DNA of 64,000 bases from a virus: IMG/VR virus record IMGVR_UViG_3300036826_000261, positions 8,693 through 72,692 of that record. One strand, 5' to 3'. Position 1 is the first letter of the stretch, and every line of letters begins with the position of its first letter. A program made the position numbers and the translations under genes. Shown in pieces: positions 48,081 through 54,527 of the stretch. The notes under the pieces are model-generated. The model was not told the origin of the DNA. It was given only the letters and a program-made list of their open reading frames with translations, and did no database searches.

Positions 48081-48401
48081 TCACTTTGAGAAGTGCGCCT
48101 CCAGCGCGTCGCAGCACAGCCGCAACTGGGCGCCGCGTCCGGTCACCGCCATATACCTGACGTCGAGCAGTTTGCAGATCGCGCCGGCCAGCAACGCGGC
48201 GTCCATGCCGCGTGCCGAGCGGGCGCCGTTTTTCAGTGTGAGCCCTTTCATGTCTTCCGGGTTGGCTCGCACTTTATGCGGCTTGATCGAACCGGTTAAC
48301 CCGAACACCTGGGCGAAGCTCTCGACGCCGGCTTCGCTGATGAAGGCGTGATCGTAGGCGCGCAGGTTCTTGATGGCATTCAACTTGACTGGATCAGGCA
48401 T
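48081..48401 (-). CDS. hypothetical protein
   Basis: MPDPVKLNAIK.. with GGAG RBS; isolated antisense moron-like gene. Confidence 0.55.
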   Translation of the reverse strand: MPDPVKLNAIKNLRAYDHAFISEAGVESFAQVFGLTGSIKPHKVRANPEDMKGLTLKNGARSARGMDAALLAGAICKLLDVRYMAVTGRGAQLRLCCDALEAHFSK

Positions 48402-48639
48402 TTTCAAAACTCCGTTGTGTGGTTCATCAACACGCCAAGCATAGCAAATCGATTTTCGCCAGATCGTGTAATTTGTTTGTTTGCAAGTGTGATGTACTAC
48501 ACTGTCGGCAGAAATCAACCGCGAAACAAACTTGTTGACTCGGAAAACGCTGGAGCAAGCGGGCCTGAATCGACCAGTGTGACGCGCGCAAGCATCGGGA
48601 GTTGAGCTGCAACAATTCGTGAAGCGAGGGGGAAATGCC

Positions 48640-48900
48640 ATGAACACACTTGTGGTTTGGTACGTGCTTCTCACCACCGTTCCGGGATCGCTGCTGACCT
48701 ACGCGCGGCCGATCGGCCCGTTCACCTACGAGCAGTGCCATCGCATGGGCGAGGTGGTGCGCGACATGAAGTGGTCGGAGATCGCCTCGATCGAGTGCCG
48801 CAAGGCCGTCCGGTTCGAGGTGTGCGAGCTGCCGGACATGCCGCACACCAACTGCTGCTGCCCGATCTTCGAGCGCGGCAAGGGAGACCGATTGCTATGA
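48640..48900 (+). CDS. small Cys-rich protein
   Basis: GAGGGG RBS; hydrophobic N-terminus. Confidence 0.5.
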   Translation: MNTLVVWYVLLTTVPGSLLTYARPIGPFTYEQCHRMGEVVRDMKWSEIASIECRKAVRFEVCELPDMPHTNCCCPIFERGKGDRLL

Positions 48901-49859
48901 AAATTGTCATATCGTCTGGCCATGGCCTCTATGTCCGTGGCGCCAGCGGGATACTCGACGAAGTCGATGAGGCGCGTCAGGTGGTCGAGGCGGTCGCCAC
49001 GCATCTCGACGCGCTCAACGTGGCCGTGACGGTGTTTCACGACGACGTGTCCCGGTCGCAGGATGAAAATCTGGAGCGCATCACCGATTTCCACAACGCG
49101 CAGGGCGCGCACGATCTCGATATCTCGGTGCACTTCAACTGCTACGAACAGACCAGCGAGCCGCGCGGCGTCGAGGTGCTGTTCGTGTCGGATTCCGATC
49201 TCGCCGACGACTTGTCGAGCGCGATCGCGGCGTGCAGCGGCCTGATCGATCGCGGGCCGAAGCACCGCGACGATCTGTACTTTCTCAACAACACCGAGTC
49301 GCCGGCGATCCTGATCGAGGTGTGCTTCGTCGATAGCAAGGCCGACGCCGAGATTTATCAGGCCAAGTTCGACGCGATCTGTCGCACCATCGCCGACATC
49401 GTGTCCGGCAACCCGGCGAAGCAGCCGCTGCCGCCGCCGCAGGTGCTGCTGCACGACACCGGGCCGTGCTCGTGGTTCGGCGGCCCCGACGACACCGGGG
49501 TCGATGCCGACGAAGGTCTGGCGTTTCTCTACGACTACGACGACGCGCCGCATCTGTTTCTCGACGAACAGCCGGCCGGCACCAGCGGGCTGGCGCGGCG
49601 GCTCGATCCGAACCGGCCGTACATCGCCTGTCGTTGGGACTACGATGTGACGCCGAAATCCATGCTGGCCGATCCGCGTCAGATCGCGATGGTGCGCGCG
49701 GTCAAGAACGGCAAGTGCGCGTTCGCGTGGCCGGCGGACTGGGGTCCGCACCAGGACACGGGACGCGTTGCCGATCTATCACCGCGGCTGCTCGATCTGC
49801 TCGACATCGAGACCGACGACGATGTCGAAGTGATCTATCCAGCGAAGCGCAAAGCGTGA
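48897..49859 (+). CDS. endolysin: N-acetylmuramoyl-L-alanine amidase (Amidase_3) + DPBB-like C-terminus
   Basis: ISSGHG, E, DISVHFN, LYFL.NT..PAILIEVCFVDS; SWFGG..ADWGPH..TGRVADLSP. Confidence 0.9.
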   Translation: MKIVISSGHGLYVRGASGILDEVDEARQVVEAVATHLDALNVAVTVFHDDVSRSQDENLERITDFHNAQGAHDLDISVHFNCYEQTSEPRGVEVLFVSDSDLADDLSSAIAACSGLIDRGPKHRDDLYFLNNTESPAILIEVCFVDSKADAEIYQAKFDAICRTIADIVSGNPAKQPLPPPQVLLHDTGPCSWFGGPDDTGVDADEGLAFLYDYDDAPHLFLDEQPAGTSGLARRLDPNRPYIACRWDYDVTPKSMLADPRQIAMVRAVKNGKCAFAWPADWGPHQDTGRVADLSPRLLDLLDIETDDDVEVIYPAKRKA

Positions 49860-49863
49860 TGCC

Positions 49864-50106
49864 ATGTTGAGTCTCGCTGTCGTGCTGATCAGTCTGCACG
49901 CGCCGAACGGTGACAAGATCGATGTCAATCCGGACAGCATCACCAGCATGCGCGACCGCGCGGCGCAGCACGATGCCGACGAGAGCTTGGTGGCCAAGGG
50001 CATCGAATGCATGATCAATCTGAGCGACGGTAAATATGTTTCGGTGACCGAGCACTGCGACAAGGTGCGTGAACTGATCAAGGCTGCAACGGGAGCGGAC
50101 AAATGA
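49864..50106 (+). CDS. small FlbD-like protein
   Basis: L..PNG..I.VNPD.I..M...C.I.LSDGK...V.E....V..LI. Confidence 0.5.
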   Translation: MLSLAVVLISLHAPNGDKIDVNPDSITSMRDRAAQHDADESLVAKGIECMINLSDGKYVSVTEHCDKVRELIKAATGADK

Positions 50107-50903
50107 GCGAACCGATCAATCCGCTGGTCGTCGATCTGTCGCACTGGGATTTGGCGGACGACTATGACGCGGTGAAAGCTGCCGGCATTGTCGGCGTGAT
50201 TTTCAAGGCGACCGAAGGCCAGAGTTACACCGACGCTACCTATGTGCAGCAGCAGCAGGCGGCGAAGAAAGCCGGCCTGAAATGGGGCGCCTATCACTTC
50301 GCCGACGGCAGCGACGTCGATGGTCAGGTGGACAACTTCATGAACTTCGCCTGCCCCGATCCCGATGAGCTGTTCTGTCTCGACTGGGAGGACAATCCCG
50401 GCGGCAGCAAGATGTCGCTCGATCAGGTCAAGGATTGGATCACCCAAGTCGAAAACCGGCTGGAACGGCCGGGCGAGTGCGTGCTGTACGGCGGCAACAC
50501 CATCAAGGAAGCGCTCGACGAAGCCGATGAGTTTTTATCGCAGCGCCGGCTGTGGCTGTGCCAGTACGGCAGCGATCCGTCGTGGCCGGACACCTGGGAC
50601 ATCTACTGGCTGTGGCAGTACACCGATGGCGAGTACGGCCCGGCGCCGCACGCGATCGACGGCATCGGTCCGTGCGACATCAATTCCTACAGCGGTCCAA
50701 CCGAGCAGTTGATCGCGGAATGGGCGGCAGGCCACGCGCAGCCGGCACCGCCGCCGCGACCGCCGCAGCCGTCGATCGATCAGGTCAACGTCCTGATCGC
50801 GGCGCCGGCCGGCGTGGTGGTCAAGGTGCGGCAATTGCAGCTCGGTCACGGCCTGTCACGCAAGACCTTCAAGGAGCTGCGCCAGCAGGAAGCCAATCCT
50901 TAA
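50103..50903 (+). CDS. GH25 lysozyme (second endolysin)
   Basis: VDLSHW, FKATEG..Y.D, GAYHF, LDWED, LWQYT. Confidence 0.9.
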   Translation: MSEPINPLVVDLSHWDLADDYDAVKAAGIVGVIFKATEGQSYTDATYVQQQQAAKKAGLKWGAYHFADGSDVDGQVDNFMNFACPDPDELFCLDWEDNPGGSKMSLDQVKDWITQVENRLERPGECVLYGGNTIKEALDEADEFLSQRRLWLCQYGSDPSWPDTWDIYWLWQYTDGEYGPAPHAIDGIGPCDINSYSGPTEQLIAEWAAGHAQPAPPPRPPQPSIDQVNVLIAAPAGVVVKVRQLQLGHGLSRKTFKELRQQEANP

Positions 50904-50943
50904 AACTACATGAGCGCCTCGGGGGTACCGGGAGCTGACTGCC

Positions 50944-51258
50944 ATGTACACGCCAGAGCTGGCGCGACGCACCATCGTGGTGCTCGCGATGCTCGTCGTA
51001 TTGGCCTCCGGCAGCGTGCGCGGTGATTCGCCTCTGCATCTGATTCACGTGCACGGCCCGGACGGCGAGCAGGAAATCGACGTCAATGTGCAGGAGATTT
51101 CCTCGATCCGACAGCCGCGCGAGAACACCGAACAGCATTTCGCCAAGGGTATGAACTGCATGATCTACATGACCAACGGCAAGTTCATTCCGACATCGGA
51201 AACTTGCAAAGAGATCGTGAAGTTGATCGCCGCACTCGATGCGACGACCGACAAGTAA
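50944..51258 (+). CDS. exported FlbD-like paralog of 49864-50106
   Basis: Signal-like N-terminus then LIHVHGPDG..IDVN..I.SIR..C.IYMTNGK....E.C.EI.KLI. Confidence 0.5.
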   Translation: MYTPELARRTIVVLAMLVVLASGSVRGDSPLHLIHVHGPDGEQEIDVNVQEISSIRQPRENTEQHFAKGMNCMIYMTNGKFIPTSETCKEIVKLIAALDATTDK

Positions 51259-51261
51259 TTC

Positions 51262-51726
51262 ATGGGGGTGCCAGTGGAGCAACTGGAGATCACGTTCGGT
51301 GGTCCGCTGCGCATTGTCGTGGAGCAACCGCAGCCGACCGACATCACAGCCCGGCTGACAATCATCATCAACGGTTTCAAGATCACAGGAGAACGCCTGA
51401 TGTACACGCTGCCCGTCGATCATTTCGCGCAAATGGAAGTCTCTTACGTCGATGCCAAGGGCAACCCGGCCGAGATCGACGGCCCGGTGACGTGGCAGTC
51501 GTCGGACGACACGGTCGTAACGCTCGATGTCGATCAGTCGGATTCCTCGATCGTCAAGGTGACGCCGGTCGGCAAGATCGGACAGGTGCAGATCACCGCG
51601 ACCGCAGACGCCGATCTCGGCGCCGGTGTCAAAACCCTGGTCACGCCATGCGATATCGAAGTTGTCGCCGGAGAGGCAGTTGCCGGCACCATCCAGCCGC
51701 TCGGTGAGCCTCAGCCGATCGGATAA
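51262..51726 (+). CDS. Ig-like domain protein
   Basis: DAKGN......VTWQSSD..VVT..G..QITATADAD; alternative start 51400 with AGGAG. Confidence 0.6.
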   Translation: MGVPVEQLEITFGGPLRIVVEQPQPTDITARLTIIINGFKITGERLMYTLPVDHFAQMEVSYVDAKGNPAEIDGPVTWQSSDDTVVTLDVDQSDSSIVKVTPVGKIGQVQITATADADLGAGVKTLVTPCDIEVVAGEAVAGTIQPLGEPQPIG

Positions 51727-51751
51727 CTCTGAACCAGCAAAGGAGACTTGA

Positions 51752-52486
51752 ATGGCGACCATGTCGAAAAAGGCAATCATCACCTGGGAGACCGACGACG
51801 GCAGCGGGCCGCCGGTCGGCATCTGGCCGGAGCCGGGCTATCCGGCGCACCCGATTGCGCCGGGCGGACCGCCGCCGGGCGTGTGGCCGGGACCGGGCTA
51901 TCCGGCGCACCCGATCGTGATTCCGCCGGACAAGCCCGGTGAGCCGCCGACCGTGATCTGGCCGGGGCCGGGCTATCCGGCGCATCCGATCGCGCCGGGC
52001 GGACCACCGCCGGGTTATTGGGGTGGCGTGGCGCCGCCGTTGCCGACACATCCGATCGCACCGGGTGGACCGCCGCCGGGCATCTGGCCGGGGCCGGGCG
52101 TGCCGACGCCGCCGATCCATTATCCGCCGATCATCTGGCCGCAGCCGCCGGAGGGCGGACCGCCGATCGCGATCGATCCGGGACATCCCGAACATCCGAT
52201 CGTAATTCCGACACCGCCCGGCACGGTGTGGCCGCCGGATGCATCTATCGAGCATCCGATCGTGCTGCCGCTGCCGCCGGAAATCTGGCCGAAGCCGGGG
52301 GTGCCGACGCATCCGATCGTGATTCCGCCGGAGCAGCCACCGGAGAAGCCGCAACTGATCACGTGGTATGCCGGCTGGTCGGACAAGACCGGTTGGGTCG
52401 TGGTCGGCGTGCCGAACGTGCCGCATCCGACGCCGTCGAAGGCCGGCGGACCGGGCGGACCGGGCGGGCCGAAGAAAGGGCCATGA
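51752..52486 (+). CDS. proline-rich repeat protein
   Basis: Repeats of WPGPGYPAHPI(A/V); AAGGAG RBS. Confidence 0.75.
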   Translation: MATMSKKAIITWETDDGSGPPVGIWPEPGYPAHPIAPGGPPPGVWPGPGYPAHPIVIPPDKPGEPPTVIWPGPGYPAHPIAPGGPPPGYWGGVAPPLPTHPIAPGGPPPGIWPGPGVPTPPIHYPPIIWPQPPEGGPPIAIDPGHPEHPIVIPTPPGTVWPPDASIEHPIVLPLPPEIWPKPGVPTHPIVIPPEQPPEKPQLITWYAGWSDKTGWVVVGVPNVPHPTPSKAGGPGGPGGPKKGP

Positions 52487-52528
52487 CGTCGCCGTAAACA
52501 ACCGTTTCAACCTTCCTCCCTAGACTTG

Positions 52529-52565
52529 AGCCGGGTGGCCCTCCAAGCGCCCGGCTTTCTTTTTT
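52529..52565 (+). terminator. intrinsic terminator ending the late operon
   Basis: AGCCGGG/CCCGGCT stem + TTCTTTTTT. Confidence 0.75.
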
Positions 52566-52670
52566 GCCTGCACGATGTTTTTGCCGGCGAAAAATTTTCT
52601 TGACTTTTCGCCAAACCCGTCGCTCGCTTCCCGGATTCGTAAAATCAAAATGCTAAAGGGAGAGAAGCAA

Positions 52671-53549
52671 ATGGCGAAAAAGGCACCCGTCAGTGAAATC
52701 ATCGAAATCCAAGCTATCGAAATGGCGTCGCTGGATTTCCATGTGGTCGGCACCAGCCCGTTCATCATGCATCGCTTCAGTCAGAAGGCGTGGCAGGAAT
52801 TGCTGCTGCCGTCGATCCGCGAAAACCGCGCTAGTCTCGAACAGAAGCTCAAGCATGATCCGTATGCAGAATTTCGTGGCGCGTTCTATCGCAACAGCAA
52901 TCCGCGCGCCAAGACGGCGTACCATATTCCAAACGGCGCGTTTCACGGCGCGATCGCCAGCGCCGCGCTCGACATGCCGGGTGCCAAGAAGGCGCAGATC
53001 GAGCGGTTGACCAAGATCACCAGCGTCAACATCGAACTGTATGGCATCCCGAAAATCTTTTGCAGCATGGTGCGTAACAGCGACATCTCGCGCACGCCAG
53101 ATGTGCGCACCCGGCCGATCTTCCCGCGCTGGGCGTGCACGGTTTCGGTGCGCTACGCGAAGAACGCGTTGACGGCCAAAGCCGTCGCCAATCTGTTCGG
53201 CGCGGCGGGCGAGATCATCGGCATCGGTGATTGGCGCGGTCAGAAGGGCGGACCGTTCGGCGCGTTCCGCACCAACGTGTCGGTGAACGATAAAGAGTTC
53301 AAGAGCATCTTGAAGGAAGGCCGCGTCGCGCAATTGAAAGCTTACGACAAACCGTTGTTCTACGATGAAGACACGGAAGAAATTTTAACGTGGTTCGCCA
53401 CCGAGGTGCGCCGCCGTGAGTTGGAAGGCAAGATGCGCAGCGATAACGTCAAGGAGTTTCGCGTTATCACCGAGCGCGGCAAGGAGCGCGGCAACGGCGA
53501 GTTGGTGAGCCTTGACGACAAGCGGCGGACCCGTCGAAAGGCCGCGTGA
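52671..53549 (+). CDS. stand-alone Cas7/RAMP-like RNA-binding protein (Vipr-like effector)
   Basis: VVGTSPFIMH first strand, IP..AF..AI..A, R.RP.FP.W, and C-terminal Gly-rich loop GIGDWR..KGGPFGAF typical of RAMP-fold proteins; no other cas genes in the window. Confidence 0.75.
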   Translation: MAKKAPVSEIIEIQAIEMASLDFHVVGTSPFIMHRFSQKAWQELLLPSIRENRASLEQKLKHDPYAEFRGAFYRNSNPRAKTAYHIPNGAFHGAIASAALDMPGAKKAQIERLTKITSVNIELYGIPKIFCSMVRNSDISRTPDVRTRPIFPRWACTVSVRYAKNALTAKAVANLFGAAGEIIGIGDWRGQKGGPFGAFRTNVSVNDKEFKSILKEGRVAQLKAYDKPLFYDEDTEEILTWFATEVRRRELEGKMRSDNVKEFRVITERGKERGNGELVSLDDKRRTRRKAA

Positions 53550-54043
53550 TGGCGAAAGCCACCAAACACGACCGCATCAAAGCGGCGTTGGAAGCGATCA
53601 GGCGCTCGCATCGCGGGCGCTTGACGGCGCGGGCCGTGGTCGAGGCGGCCAAAAATCCTAGGCACCCGTTGCACAGTGAATTTGAATGGAACAACCAGAA
53701 AGCAGCGGATCAGCAACGCTTGGAGCGTGCGCGCGAACTAATCAGATACGTCACGGTCGTGGTCGTTGATGCAACGCGTAAAGTCGAAACACGATTTTAT
53801 GCGCACGATCCGCGAACGCCGCATCGTGAAGGCTATGTCAGCATCTTGGAGATGAACCGCCGCGATGCTGAACAAGATGTGGTCAACGCTATCGCGATCT
53901 GTCAATCGACGATCGATCGCGCGCTCAGCAAAGCGGAATTTCTCAGCGCGAAGCATCGTGGTGTTTCACGATTGTTGAAAAATGCAGTTGCTACCCTTGC
54001 CGCCGCGCATGATCTGCTCGAAGGCTCGGCGGCAGCGGCGTGA
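53549..54043 (+). CDS. accessory protein coupled to the RAMP-like gene
   Basis: LT..AVVEAA..P.HPLH..FEW....AA...RL..AR.LIR motif; start overlaps the RAMP stop. Confidence 0.7.
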   Translation: MAKATKHDRIKAALEAIRRSHRGRLTARAVVEAAKNPRHPLHSEFEWNNQKAADQQRLERARELIRYVTVVVVDATRKVETRFYAHDPRTPHREGYVSILEMNRRDAEQDVVNAIAICQSTIDRALSKAEFLSAKHRGVSRLLKNAVATLAAAHDLLEGSAAAA

Positions 54044-54048
54044 AGTCA

Positions 54049-54269
54049 TAGGCATGGCAGGCTAGGCAAGGTGCGGCCCGGCCGGAGTAGGTTCGGTGCG
54101 GCAAGGCAGGCATGGCCCGGGAGACGCGGTGAAGCGTGTCCGTGATCTGGTAGCGTCGGGTAAGGCGGCGTTGGATGGGGTGAGGCGAGGCAGGCTTGGT
54201 CAGGTCTGACGAGACTGGGCGCGGTAGGTTTTGGCGCGGTACGGCAAGGCGTGATGCGGTAAGGCAGGC
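54049..54269 (+). ncRNA. GGY-NN pentamer array, block 1 (3 units)
   Basis: Starts TAGGCATGGCA; GGCA separators at 54056, 54105, 54189, 54263 (spacings 49/84/74 = 5n+4). Confidence 0.85.
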
Positions 54270-54527
54270 ATGGCCAGAAACACAGCGGATAAGGTTCTCG
54301 AAAACAAGTTGCGGCTGATCGCCAAACGGCGGGGTTTGTTTCTTTCGAAATCCCGTCGTCGCGATCCGTTTGCGCTCGACTTTGGTTATGAGTTGAGAGA
54401 CGCGCAACAGCACGTCATCGAAACAGCGTGCAGTCTTACTCGAATCGAAAACTTGTTAGCTCTCGGTCGGACGGGGCGGAAACGTTTAACAGTCGAAGGA
54501 TGGCGTCACATCATCCTTGGTAAGTAG
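54270..54527 (+). CDS. small basic protein embedded in the array
   Basis: ENKLRLIAKRRGL.L.KSRRRDP.ALDFGY; non-repetitive, lower-GC insert. Confidence 0.65.
   Translation: MARNTADKVLENKLRLIAKRRGLFLSKSRRRDPFALDFGYELRDAQQHVIETACSLTRIENLLALGRTGRKRLTVEGWRHIILGK

Noticed and set aside
48465-48540. AAACAAA-type operator shared with 29578-29593 and 61530
   Set aside because: Short AT-rich motif in promoter regions; cannot be separated from composition bias by eye
54109-54262. Self-matches for array units 2 and 3 (e.g. to RFSQKAWQE in the effector or FQLD in terL)
   Set aside because: Only 4-6 dinucleotides match; not distinguishable from chance by hand
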